Below, piece by piece: positions 1 to 12,464 of a stretch of 64,000 nucleotides of DNA. The DNA is from Macrostomum lignano. Its lineage: Eukaryota. The position numbers and the translations under genes are program-made. Location: positions 62,001-126,000 of the forward strand of contig NIVC01000924.1 in the NCBI GenBank assembly GCA_002269645.1. The letters run 5' to 3'. The notes beneath the pieces were generated by a model that saw only the letters and a list, made by a program, of their open reading frames with translations, was not told the DNA's origin and did not search any database. Every line of letters starts with the position of its first letter. The first letter of the stretch is position 1.

Positions 1-918
1 TGCCTTTGCTTATCCGGGGTTTGCCTATTTTCCATTGTCCGATTAGAGAGCTGAGCCAATTGTGATACCGTAACTTTTTGCTGTATTTTACTCAATAGTG
101 AAGCCGCCTAATTGCCTAATGATTCGCCTAGAGGCCTAATTACTAACTACTAACTAACTTCATCATTATTCAATCTTTCACCATCATTTAACTCATGGCT
201 TGCTAAGCCTTTCTCCCGGGGTGGCAAAGCATAAGGAAGTTTGGGTAAGCTAATGGCCTCTCCCCGTGCAAAGCCCGCCTGTGTGAGTGCGTGCGGCGGG
301 TTCGTGAGTGCGTGCAGTGGAGGGTGATTAGCGAGTTTTGGCACAGAATGGCAGCAGGAAGGTTGCAACCCCATGCTAACGCGTCCCTTCGCCCTGAGCA
401 ATCTAAACTAGAGACAGTACATGTTCGCCTCATACTACTCTTAGTAATCAAAGTCGCAAGTCAGCCTCGCTCACAGCCACAAAGGATCCCCTGCTGAGAA
501 ATCCTCCAGGATTGAGCCCAGAGTTCCCGATCATGCCCCAAGCAGAGTCCCTGTACTTGGCTGCATGCGTCTCCCCTGTTAGCCTAAATCCCCTGGTAAC
601 CAATCCAGGCGGGGCTCTAGCCTCGAGAGGTCTGGTAGAAAGATCCAGGTGCGCCAGGTCACATAGAGTGGTGGCAGCCACTCGGTCATACCATGACCGA
701 GTGACCAACTATTGCACCTTGGCTACAGGTGGGGTCCATGTGGGTCCTTGGCCCTCTGGTCACGAAGCGCTACCAAAGCTACTAATCATGTGGGCGGGAA
801 GTCTGGTGCTGGAGGTCCGTCAGGTCATTGCCCGGTCATAGGCAGCCTACGGTCATTGCCCCCTCTAGCCAAGCGTTCGTCTCTCAATAGGAGCGGACAG
901 GCGACAAGGGCGGTTACA
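1..918. mobile_element. GC-rich segment ending in ...GGTTACA, possible LTR or retroelement end (runs off the window start)
   Basis: Sharp switch to AT-rich DNA after GGTTACA (912-918), a TG..CA-type LTR terminus. No recognisable protein, second LTR or TSD visible. Confidence 0.25.
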
Positions 919-1458
919 TCATAACGTGAAAGAGTCAGACAGATTCTAAATATTTCAACAATTGTAAAGTAAAATAAAGCTACCATTATATATGATATTT
1001 ATATAATCAGGTATCATTTACTCTCGTTTATTTAATAAATTTTTTAGAACTTTACAACCCATACCTGATCAAGATTTAGTAGTAGGCGAACCAGCGGACA
1101 TAACTCACTAGGGTTAGGGATTTCCCCGTAGACTTCTGGGATTTCCCCGCTCTCGGACCGCTCTAAGTAGCAAACTAAGCTTTTCAAACGCTTTTTCGCG
1201 CGCACTCCCAAAGACTTGTCTGCTGGGTGGTGGCCTGGGTGGACTCGATCCTAGCACCGTCCCTGATTCCACTTTTGGGTTGGCGGTGCCTTAGTCCATA
1301 GGCTTGGGTTAGTAGTAGTTCACACCCATCCCTAGCCAAGACGTTAGGGTCTAACAAAGTTTAGTGGGTATAGGCCCCTGGAAGTGCCCATCAGCGGCAG
1401 AGCCCCTCCCAGGGCTGATCCGCGGGTAGCCCCCGGCTTCCCATCCCCGTTTAACAAC

Positions 1459-1544
1459 AGGGTTAGGGTCAGGGTCAGGGTCAGGGTTAGGGTTAGGGTC
1501 AGGGTCAGGGTTAGGGTCAGGGTCAGGGTCAGGGTTAGGGTTAG
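1459..1544 (+). repeat. Interstitial telomere-like array of TTAGGG/TCAGGG
   Basis: 13 full hexamers from 1463 (5 TTAGGG, 8 TCAGGG) plus partial units. Confidence 0.95.
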
Positions 1545-2230
1545 TCCTAGTCTCGGGCCCCTGTTAGAGTAACAAAAGTAACAAACAGCTATATTAACAA
1601 TAATAATAATTCGTGGAATAAATCAGTTATTACAGGTAATAAACACAGATAAGTATCAAGGGTCTCGCCTCGTTAAACCTCTGTAAAAATAATAACTTTA
1701 TGTACACTTCAGTTTTGAAGAGACAAAAAATCTAGCATGGCTAAAAGTTTTCTATTAATTATAAAAATCTAACGTTGGCCGCAAAAAATATATAACAAAT
1801 TTATAACAAAAATGAACAGGAAATTCGCGTCAACTTTTATTTTCAGATAAAAAAGCATACTAATAAACGCAAAAAGTACTTGCCTATTAGAGTGAATTGA
1901 GACAGTAGACAGATTGGATTTTTTGTTCAAATCAGGAGATTTGAGATTGAGAAGGAACAGATGAAAAAAATAAAGCATATTATAGAAGTGTACCTATGCA
2001 AGTTATTATAATACGTTATTTTACAATACATAGCTATATCAGTAGGCACTTTATTCATATAAAAGTAGCAAGCAACTAAAACAAAGAAGCGTAGTTAAAA
2101 AAATAAATTACGAAGAAAGTTTGCAAGCTAAACAATCCTGACAAATCTATCAGTTGAAACACGGAAGTCAACAGGCAATTAGGAACAATCATTTAGCTCG
2201 ATCGTGCGACAATGTTGGAGGTAGAAAGAG

Positions 2231-4590
2231 ATTCAGGGTTGGTTTCTAACTATTCAGGAGTGGTTTCTAACTATTCAGGGGTGGTTTCTAACTATTCAGG
2301 GGTGGTTTCTAAATATTTAGGGGTGGTTTCTAACTATTCAGGGGTGGTTTCTAACTATTCAGGGGTGGTTTCTAACTATTCAGGGGTGGTTTCTAACTAT
2401 TCAGGAGTGGTTTCTAAATATTTAGGGGTGGTTTCTAACTATTCAGGGGTGGTTTCTAACTATTCAGGGGTGGTTTCTAACTATTCAGGAGTGGTTTCTA
2501 AATATTTAGGGGTGGTTTCTAACTATTCAGGGGTGGTTTCTAACTATTCAGGGGTGGTTTCTAAATATTTAGGGGTGGTTTCTAACTATTCAGGAGTGGT
2601 TTCTAACTATTCAGGAGTGGTTTCTAAATATTTAGGGGTGGTTTCTAAATATTTAGGGGTGGTTTCTAACTATTCAGGGGTGGTTTCTAACTATTCAGGA
2701 GTGGTTTCTAAATATTTAGGAGTGGTTTCTAACTATTCAGGAGTGGTTTCTAACTATTCAGGGGTGGTTTCTAACTATTCAGGAGTGGTTTCTAAATATT
2801 TAGGGGTGGTTTCTAACTATTCAGGGGTGGTTTCTAACTATTCAGGAGTGGTTTCTAAATATTTAGGGGTGGTTTCTAACTATTCAGGGGTGGTTTCTAA
2901 CTATTCAGGGGTGGTTTCTAAATATTTAGGGGTGGTTTCTAACTATTCAGGAGTGGTTTCTAACTATTCAGGAGTGGTTTCTAAATATTTAGGGGTGGTT
3001 TCTAAATATTTAGGGGTGGTTTCTAACTATTCAGGGGTGGTTTCTAACTATTCAGGAGTGGTTTCTAAATATTTAGGGGTGGTTTCTAACTATTCAGGGG
3101 TGGTTTCTAAATATTTAGGGGTGGTTTCTAACTATTCAGGGGTGGTTTCTAACTATTCAGGGGTGGTTTCTAACTATTCAGGGGTAATTTCTAACTATTC
3201 AGGGGTGGTTTCTAACTATTCAGGAGTGGTTTCTAACTATTCAGGAGTGGTTTCTAAATATTTAGGGGTGGTTTCTAACTATTCAGGGGTGGTTTCTAAA
3301 TATTTAGGGGTGGTTTCTAACTATTCAGGGGTGGTTTCTAACTATTCAGGGGTGGTTTCTAACTATTCAGGGGTGGTTTCTAAATATTTAGGGGTGGTTT
3401 CTAACAATTCAGGAGTGGTTTCTAACTATTCAGGGGTGGTTTCTAAATATTCAGGGGTGGTTTCTAAATATTTAGGGGTGGTTTCTAACTATTCAGGAGT
3501 GGTTTCTAACTATTCAGGGGTGGTTTCTAAATATTCAGGGGTGGTTTCTAAATATTTAGGGGTGGTTTCTAACTATTCAGGGGTGGTTTCTAACTATTCA
3601 GGGGTGGTTTCTAACTATTCAGGGGTGGTTTCTAACTATTCAGGAGTGGTTTCTAAATATTTAGGGGTGGTTTCTAACTATTCAGGAGTGGTTTCTAACT
3701 ATTCAGGGGTGGTTTCTAAATATTTAGGGGTGGTTTCTAAATATTTAGGGGTGGTTTCTAAATATTTAGGGGTGGTTTCTCACTATTCAGGGGTGGTTTC
3801 TAACTATTCAGGGGTGGTTTCTAACTATTCAGAGGTGATTTCTAAATATTTAGGCGTGGTTTCTAAATATTTAGTGGTGGTTTCTAACTATTCAGGGGTG
3901 GTTTCTAACTATTCAGGGGTGGTTTCTAAATATTTAGGGGTGGTTTCTAACTATTCAGGGGTGGTTTCTAAATATTTAGGGTGGTTTCTAACTATTCAGG
4001 GGTGGTTTCTAAATATTTAGGGGTGGTTTCTAACTATTCAGGGTTGGTTTGTAACTATTCAGGGGCGATTCCTAACTATTCAGGGTTGATTTCTAACTAT
4101 TCAGGGTTGGTTTGTAACTATTCAGGGGCGATTCCTAACTATTCAGGGTTGATTTCTAACTATTCAGGGTTGATTTCTAACTATTCAGGGTTGATTTCTA
4201 ACTATTCAGGGTTGATTTCTAACTATTCAGGGTTGATTTCTAACTATTCAGGGTTGATTCCTAACTATTCAGGGTTGATTTCTAACTATTCAGGGTTGAT
4301 TTCTAACTATTCAGGGTTGATTTCTAACTATTCAGGGTTGGTTTGTAACTATTCAGGGGCGATTCCTAACTATTCAGGGTTGATTTCTAACTATTCAGGG
4401 TTGATTTCTAACTATTCAGGGTTGATTTCTAACTATTCAGGGTTGATTTCTAACTATTCAGGGTTGATTTCTAACTATTCAGGGTTGATTCCTAACTATT
4501 CAGGGTTGATTTCTAACTATTCAGGGTTGATTTCTAACTATTCAGGGTTGGTTTGTAACTATTCAGGGCGATTCCTACCATTCAGGGGTG
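2231..4590 (+). repeat. 21-bp minisatellite (GGTTTCTAACTATTCAGGGGT / GGTTTCTAAATATTTAGGGGT; distal variant GATTTCTAACTATTCAGGGTT)
   Basis: About 110 tandem units read directly; gives the heptapeptide-repeat ORFs 2212-4020 and 3981-4622. Confidence 0.97.
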
Positions 4591-4993
4591 ATTTACTAAC
4601 TAATTTCAGGTGTAATTCCTAACTGAATATTGAGGGCCGATTCCTTACGATTTCCTATAAAATACTCATTACTATTAAGAAGCAAAATCTATATTAACGT
4701 TACAAGACCAATGCGGGACATGTTTATTTACCGATCACAGCTACTGTATTCAGAAGGCACTGAAAACTTGGTGACATAACAATTTTACAAATTAGAAGCA
4801 AAATTCAATAAGTAAAAACGCTTGAAAATTAAAAAGAAAGAAGAGCATCTCGGATCTCTGTCAAAGGGCTGATTTCAAAATTTTCATTTTGGCATTTTTG
4901 ACTTTCACGAAGTTGGGATAAACATGTACATCCCTGTCACCTGTAGGAGTCACCTGTTAACTGTTTTCGATTGAAGTTATTACAGACTGGTTG

Positions 4994-7900
4994 CTATGGC
5001 TGCGGCTGCTGATGCTGCTGATGATGCCTGCCTGCTGAGTCAGGGTGAGTTGGGACAATTATTGCCACCGTTGTGCAAACTATTAAAATTTGAAATCTCT
5101 CCCCATTATGAGGGACCAGGATTATTTCTCATGAGGGATCAGGATTCTTCCCCATTTTGAGGGATCAGGCTTCTTCCCCATTTTGAGGGATCAGGATTCT
5201 TCCCCATTTTGAGGGATCAGGATTCTTCCCCATTTTGAGGGATCAGGATTCTTCCCCATTATGAGGGATCAGGATTCTTCCCCAGTTTGAGGGATCAGGA
5301 TTCTTCCCTATTATGAGGGACCAGGATTCTTTCCCATTATGAGGGATCAGGATTTTTTCCTGATTTTGTGGGATCAGGATTCTTCCCCATTATGAGGGAT
5401 CAGGATTCTTCCCCAGTTTGAGGGATCAGAATTCTTCCCCATTATGAGGGATCAGGATTCTTCCCCATTTTGAGGGATCAGGATTCTTCCTCATTATGAG
5501 GGATCAGGATTCTTCCTCATTATGAGGGACCAGGATTCTTCCCCATTATGAGGGATCAGGATTCTTCCCCATTATGAGGGATCAGGATTCTTCCTCATTA
5601 TGAGGGATCAGGATTATTCCCCATTATGAGGGATCAGGATTCTTCCCCATTACGAGGGATCAGGAGTCTTCCCTATTATGAGGGATCAGGATTCTTCCCC
5701 ATTACGAGGGATCAGGATTATTCCCCATTATGAGGGATCAGAATTCTTCCCCATTACGAGGGATCAGGATTATTCCCGTATTACGAGGGATCAGGATTCT
5801 TCCCCATTATGAGGGATCAGGATTCTTCCCCATTATGAGGGATCAGGATTCTTCCCCATTATGAGGGATCAGGATTCTTCCCCATTATGAGGGATCAGAA
5901 TTCTTCCCCATTACGAGGGATCAGGATTATTCCCGTATTACGAGGGATCAGGAGTCTTCCCTATTATGAGGGATCAGGAGTCTTCCCTATTATGAGGGAT
6001 CAGGAGTCTTCCCTATTATGAGGGATCAGGATTCTTCCCTATTATGAGGGATCAGGAGTCTTCCCTATTATAAGGGATCAGGATTCTTCCCCATTATGAG
6101 GGATCAGGATTCTTCCCCATTACGAGGGATCAGGATTATTCCCCATTATGAGGGATCAGGATTCTTCCCCATTATGAGGGATCAGAATTCTTCCCCATTA
6201 TGAGGGATCAGGATTCTTCCCCGTTTTGAGGGATCAGGATTCTTCCCCATTACGAGGGATCAGGATTATTCCCCATTATGAGGGATCAGGATTCTTCCCC
6301 ATTACGAGGGATCAGGATTATTCCCCATTACGAGGGATCAGGATTATTCCCCATTACGAGGGATCAGGATTCTTCCCATAATGAGGAATCTAGAGTGCTT
6401 CTTAGAAAACGCACTCATCTTACCTGCGGCGGCACCTCCAGCTCGCGCCCTCGAGCCCGACTGCTGCTGTTTGCTGTGGTCAGCGCCAGCCGAGTTGCTG
6501 GTAGCTCCGCCGCCGCCAAACTTGAGCATGTTCCAATCGAACACGTAGTCATAGGTGAACCCCTCCCGGTGGAACAGGTTGCGGAACAGCTGCCTCAAAT
6601 AGCTATAATCAGGCTTGTCGTCAAACCTCAAGGAGCGGCAGAAGTTCAAATAGGTGACAAACTCAGCCGGGTAGCCCTGGCACAGGGACTCGACTTGGGT
6701 CTGCATTTTCTTCTCGCTAATCCGTTCGTACTTTTGTCGCTTTGTGTTGGCGCGCAGGCCTTGCCAGGGCAGGGCGCCGCGAAGGAAGTACAGGAACACG
6801 TAGCCTAGGGCTTCCATGTCGTCTCGTCTGGCTTGCTCTGATCAAGTGAATATTATATTCTTTTTGTATTGTTCATTTAGGCATTGAAAACATACGAGAC
6901 CTACCGCTAAGGAACTTGTATTAGTTATCTGGATCATCTCTGAAGCTAGAGCCCCATCACAGTGCTCAGCATCCCCTCTGTAGCTGGCAGCATCCCCTCT
7001 GTAGCTGGCATCACCCACTCTGTAGCTGGCATCATCCACTCTGTTGCTGGCATCATCCCCTCTGTAGCTGGCAGCATTCCCTCTGTAGCTGGCAGCATTC
7101 CCTCTGTAGCTGGCAGCATTCCCTCTGTAGCTGGCAGCATTCCCTCTGTAGCTGGCAGCATTCCCTCTGTAGCTGGCAGCATTCCCTCTGTAGCTGGCAG
7201 CATTCCCTCTGTAGCTGGCAGCATTCCCTCTGTAGCTGGCAGCATTCCCTCTGTAGCTGGCAGCATTCCACTCTTTAGCTGGCAGCATTCCCTCTGTAGC
7301 TGGCAGCATCCCCTCTGTAGCTGGCAGCATTCCCTCTGTAGTTGGCAGCATTCCACTCTTTAGCTGGCATCACCCACTCTGTAGCTGGCATCATCCACTC
7401 TGTAGCTGGCATCACCCCCTCTGTAGCCGGCATCACCCACTCTGTAGCTGGCATCATCCACTCTGTTGCTGGCATCATCCCCTCTGTAGCTGGCAGCATA
7501 TTCTCTGTAGCTGGCATCATCCCCTCTGTAGCTGGCAGCATTCCCTCTGTAGCTGGCAGCATTCCCTCTGTAGCTGGCAGCATTCCCTCTGTAGCTCGCA
7601 GCATTCCACTCTTTAGCTGGCATCACCCACTCTGTAGCTGGAATCATCCACTTTGTAGCTGGCATCACCCCCTCTGTAGCCGGCATCACCCACTCTGTAG
7701 CTGGCATCATCCACTCTGTAGCTGGCATCACCCACTCTGTAGCTGGCATCATCCCCTCTGTAGCTGGCATCATCCCCTCTGTAGCTGGCATCATCCCCTC
7801 TGTAGCTGGCATCATCCCCTCTGTAGCTGGCATCACCCACTCTGTAGCTGGCATCACCCCCTCTGTAGCTGGCATCACCCACTCTGTAGCTGGCATCACC

Positions 7901-9530
7901 CCCTCTGTAGCTGGCATCATCCCCTCTGTAGCTGACATCACCCCCTCTGTAGCTGGCATCACCCCCTCTGTAGCTGGCATCATCCCCTCTGTAGCTGGCA
8001 TCATCCCCTCTGTAGCTGGCATCATCCCCTCTGTAGCTGGCATCATCCCCTCTGTAGCTGGCATCATCCCCTCTGTAGCTGGCATCATCCCCTCTGTAGC
8101 TGGCATCACCCCCTCTGTAGCTGGCATCCAGCTGCCTTACTATCAGTAGTAGGCTGTAACACACGCACCAATTCCAAGGTGAGTGTTGACGCTGGCATAT
8201 CGCGCCGTGCCAGTGAGGTTCTTGTTCTCCCTGTACGGAATGTGCTGATGCGTTCTGGAGTCGCGGTACTTCTTAGCCAAGCCGAAGTCGATGATGTACA
8301 CCAGGTTGCCCTTCTTGCCCAAGCCCATCAGAAAGTTGTCAGGCTTCACGTCTCTGTGAAGAAAAGTTGCACAGAGCTAAAAACTAATCCGAAATTTATT
8401 TAAAATTTCACCCAGTGAAATTGGGGCATTTACACCTGAAATCTCACCCCATGAGATTGGGGCATTTACACTCGAAATCTTACCCCATGAGATTGGGGCA
8501 ATTACACCCGAAATCTAACCCCATGAGACTCGGCCATAACATCGAAATCTCACCCCATGAGATTCGGGCAATTACACCTGAAATCTCACCCCATGAGATT
8601 GGGGCATTTACACCCAAAATCTCACCCATGAGATTGGGGCATTTACACTCAAAATCTCACCCCATGAGATTGGGGCAATTACACCCGAAATCTCACTCCA
8701 TGAGATTGGGGGATTTACACCCGAAATCTCACCCCATGAGATTGGGGTAATTACACCCGAAATCTCACGCCATGAGATTCGGCCATAACATCGAAATCTC
8801 ACCCCATGAGATTCGGCCATAACATCGAAATCTCACCCCATGAGATTTGGGCAATTACACCCGAAATCTCACCCGATGAGATTCGGCCATAACATCGAAA
8901 TCTCACCCCATGAGATTCGGGCATAACATCTAAATCTTACCCCATGAGATTGGGGCATTTACACCCGAAATCTCACCCCATGAGATTCGACCATAACATC
9001 GAAATCTCACCCCATAAGATTCGGGCATAACATCGAAATCTTACCCCATGAGATTGGGGCATTTACACCCGAAATCTTACCCCATAAGATTTGAAGAATA
9101 AAACCAAAATATCACACTTAAGATTAGATCAAAAAGTAATATAATCTCACCTATGAATGAAATTCTTGCTGTGAATGAACTCAACCCTATTGAGCAGCTG
9201 GTCAGCCAACAGTAGCACAGTCTTCAGCCGAAATTTACGACCGCAAAAATTGAACAAATCCTCCAAACTGGGGCCAAGCAGCTCCATCACCATGACATTA
9301 TAATCACCTTCTGTGCCGCACCATTTAATAGTTGGTATGCCAACCCCACCTTGCATCAGCTTGTAGATCTTGCTTTCAATATGCAGCTGAGGATGCTTAG
9401 TGCGCACGCACTCCAGCTTGATGGCGACCTCTTCACCATTGGTAATGTCTGTGCCAAGGTAGATGTCGCCAAAAGAACCGCTGCCAATCTTTCTACCCAA
9501 CCTGTACTTGTTGCCAACCCTTAGCTCCAT
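4994..9530 (-). CDS. CSNK1D/E: Casein kinase 1 delta/epsilon (doubletime-like); exons 9530-9151, 8353-8169, 6837-6424 and probable last exon 5034-4994; about 339 aa
   Basis: [65 protein letters not shown] and LPWQGL motifs. GT/AG sites give consistent phases (2,1,1). The last exon is less certain. Confidence 0.95.
5100..6380. repeat. 26-bp minisatellite (GAGGGATCAGGATTCTTCCCCATTAT) in CK1 intron 3
   Basis: Period 26 checked at 5161/5187. Confidence 0.97.
6968..8128. repeat. 21-bp minisatellite (CTGTAGCTGGCA[GCATT/TCATC]CCCT) in CK1 intron 2
   Basis: Tandem units read directly; source of the MLPATEG/SYRGDAA ORFs. Confidence 0.97.
8410..9090. repeat. 36/34-bp minisatellite (GAGATTGGGGCAATTACACCCGAAATCTCACCCCAT) in CK1 intron 1
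   Basis: Period 36 at 8461/8497, with a 34-bp variant interspersed. Confidence 0.95.
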
Positions 9531-10503
9531 GGTGACCAAGTTGGTCAGAAATGGTTTTACAATGTACAAGACATCATTATATATGACATAATGACAAGGA
9601 GTTAGAAATAAGATACAAAAGATTTTACAGATATTAAAACTGCCTATGTTTGCTTATTGATACTATAAGTAGGCTCCTGGTACTCAACTGCCTTACTTAA
9701 GACAATTGACTCAATAAATAATAGAATATTCTGATAGAAAAAAATATTTTTATCAAGAATAAGGTTCTTTTTAGCTAAACTAGTTATATCATCAAAGTTG
9801 AAATATTGATTTTTTAAAGAATATCAAGCAAGTTATGGACAATACTTCAGATAAATTAATTTGAATAATCTTGTTTAGTCTTGCTCAACATTGAAAAATA
9901 TTAAGATCTTGATATTTATTCAGCCATCTTAAAAATAAATTTGATACTTTAGAACTTTAAAAATTATACTATTTTTAATTCTATAAATGATAATTTATAT
10001 GTTTGAAAAAAATATTAAACATTTCTATGCATAAGTGAATCTTAAAAAAATTATTACTAGGCCTATTATTTAGTATCATCTATATAATTGCTACCTTTAA
10101 AGCCAATGATTCTATTTTTTACAAATTTAGGCATCTTATTAATGATAGAAGTTTTATAAATACTATTGCATTATTATTAACTCATTGTACTTAATTACTT
10201 TATAGACTTCATTAAGAAGATAATAAACCAAGTATTTCCAAGCACTAGCAGCTTTGGCATCTATGTCCTTCTCCTTATAATAAAGCATCCTAGTATAGCT
10301 TACTAATTATTTGATAAATTACAAATTAAATAATCATATTAGAGATAGAGTTGACAAACACTACATGTATAAGTAAATGTGCCTCAAGAATATGATATAT
10401 GGCCTAAACTATTTATGGTATCAATAATGTCTATCTGACAGAATATTATATCTATGAAAAGCACTAACTTCCTGGTCATGGAGCTGGTATGGCATGGTGG
10501 TAG

Positions 10504-10657
10504 CAGTGGCGTAGCCAGGATTTCCTTCTGAGGGGTCACAGTCACAGGCTCACAGCGGCAACCGGGGGCAGGCAGGTGGTGCTAGGCCTCTGCGATGGGG
10601 AGGGGGGTGCTGAAAATTTGGCCTGGATCAGCCCCCCCCCCCTTGGCTACGCCCCTG
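10504..10657 (+). mobile_element. hAT-type MITE, family A copy 1 (154 bp)
   Basis: TIRs CAGTGGCGTAGCCAGG / CTTGGCTACGCCCCTG; 8-bp TSD GGTGGTAG / GGTGATAG (7/8). Confidence 0.85.
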
Positions 10658-12003
10658 GGTGATAGTGTTGCTATAATGCTATGCCTATAATGCTATATTA
10701 AAATTGGGGAATATTTATTCCCCCTATATATATTATTTTTCTCATTCAAAAAATCTTCGAAAAATAAACCCAATAAAAATCCAAGTGTCAAAGCACGATA
10801 AACTATAGATTAACTTCCGCTCCAATTAAAGTTATTACTAAATTTGCAATTTGCAATTGCTTCCACCATAAATATGTCATGGGCAAAGCACAAAGAAAAA
10901 AGATCTGACTAGTGTAGTGTGTTCATTCATCTTGTATATATATTAATTAAATTTAAAGTGCTTAGTGTTTTGAAGTTGAAATGCTGACAAAATGCAAAAT
11001 TTCTACATATTCCAAAGTCAAAGAATTGTCTATTGTGCTGTTTTTTGTACAATTCTATTAGCTTGGTCAACTTGCGTATAATATAGACATTAATTTTTCT
11101 TAGATTTTTAGACTTTGTTTTTCTAGACGAAATTTGCGAAAATACATTTTATACGAAATAAAAAAGAAGTTTATCTCTTTTATGCAAAAATTGCAAGGAC
11201 TTCGAGTGTTAGAGTGATATTTCTGGCCAGCATTTATTTTTGGTAAAAAAATGAATAAATTCAATCTAGCTTGCTATAATTGTAATTTTATGCTAATAAC
11301 TTTTAAGTGATATTTTTCAGATAATTCGACATTCGACTTTATTTTAATATCCAGAGCAGAGTCGCATACAGCTTTCATTGATCTATCGTCTATATCATAT
11401 TTTCTAGAAGGACTGGGCCGATTCTGTTATTTGTAGTACCTGAAAGTCTGTCATCTAGAGTATTAAACATAGCATTAAGGAAACTCAATGGTTTTGCAAC
11501 ACATGTGCAGTCGAATGCAACAAAGGCGCATCAATTTTAAAGACCAACACACTGGCAACATGGGCAACAAGGGAGTAAATTTATGTGCCAATCATTGACA
11601 ATCGATCAAGTTCAAGTAATTGAAATAGTCTATACAATTTTTTTTTCATAATAAAAAAATTTCACCAATTATATATACTTAGACATAGTTATTGTTAATA
11701 TGAATATTAAAATATTGCTTATAGACTATGACACTATAGGCAATGAGTGGCAGATCTAGAGTTTCATTTTGGGGGTGGGGTAGTCCAAGTTTAGGCGCCA
11801 ACATGAGAATAATGGGTGCCAATTTTTAAGTTAAGGGGCGCAAAAAATATATGTAGGGGCAAAGAATCAAGCTTATGGGTGCAAAAAATGTATCATATAT
11901 TTAAGGAGTGAAAAATCAAGCTTAAGGGCAAATGCAAAAAAGGCATTTGGAGGCAAAAAATCAAGTTAAGGGAGTGCAAATTTAGGTTTTTAGGGGGCAC
12001 AAT

Positions 12004-12464
12004 CAGGGGTATAGCCAAGGGGGGGGGTCATAGGGATTATGACCAGTGGCAGATCTAGAGTTTCATTTTGGGAGAGGGGGTCCAAGTTTGGGGTGCCAAT
12101 GCAAGTATAAGGGGCACCAATTTTTAAGCTAGGGGGTGCCAAAATGTGTGTATGGTGGGAAAAGTCAAACTTAGGTGCATAAAAAAAGCATTGGGGAGGG
12201 GGCGAAAAATCAAGTTTAGGGGGCGCAAACTCAGGTTTTGGGGGGCACAATATGTTCTTTCAAGCTTTTTGGGGGGTGGCTGCCCCCTGCCCCCCTCCTA
12301 AATCCAACCCTGGTCATAACACCCAGCCTGCTGATCCAGGCCAAATTTTCAGCACCCCCCCTCCCCTGTCACAGAGGCCTAGCACCCTCTGCCCCCGGTT
12401 GCCACAGTGAGCCTATGACTATGACCCCCCCCCCCCCAAGAAAGAAATCCTGGCTATGCCACTG
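12004..12464 (-). mobile_element. hAT-type MITE, family A copy 2 (inverted relative to A1), nested in B1
   Basis: Reverse-complement homology to 10504-10657; TSD GGCACAAT / GGCACAGT (7/8). Confidence 0.85.
12044..12312 (+). mobile_element. hAT-type MITE, family B copy 2, nested in A2
   Basis: CAGTGGCAGATCTAG ... CTAAATCCAACCCTG; colinear with B1. Flanks ATTATGAC / GTCATAAC fit a decayed palindromic GTCATGAC target. Confidence 0.8.

Noticed and set aside
1384-1572. ORF with an (RV)n run
   Set aside because: It is simply the translation of the TTAGGG/TCAGGG tract.
963-1574. Solo LTR (TGTTAC...TTTACA on the minus strand) enclosing the telomere-like tract
   Set aside because: The termini are plausible but the flanks show no TSD; not supportable without other copies.
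6344-6423. CK1 C-terminus [25 protein letters not shown] as in the ORF track
   Set aside because: A strong CAG|GTAAG donor lies at 6424/6423 and the read-through runs into the 26-bp array; more likely intron.
6278-8820. Numerous repetitive ORFs ([26 protein letters not shown]) and ORFs antisense to CK1 exons
   Set aside because: They fall in spliced-out minisatellites or are shadows of CK1 exons.
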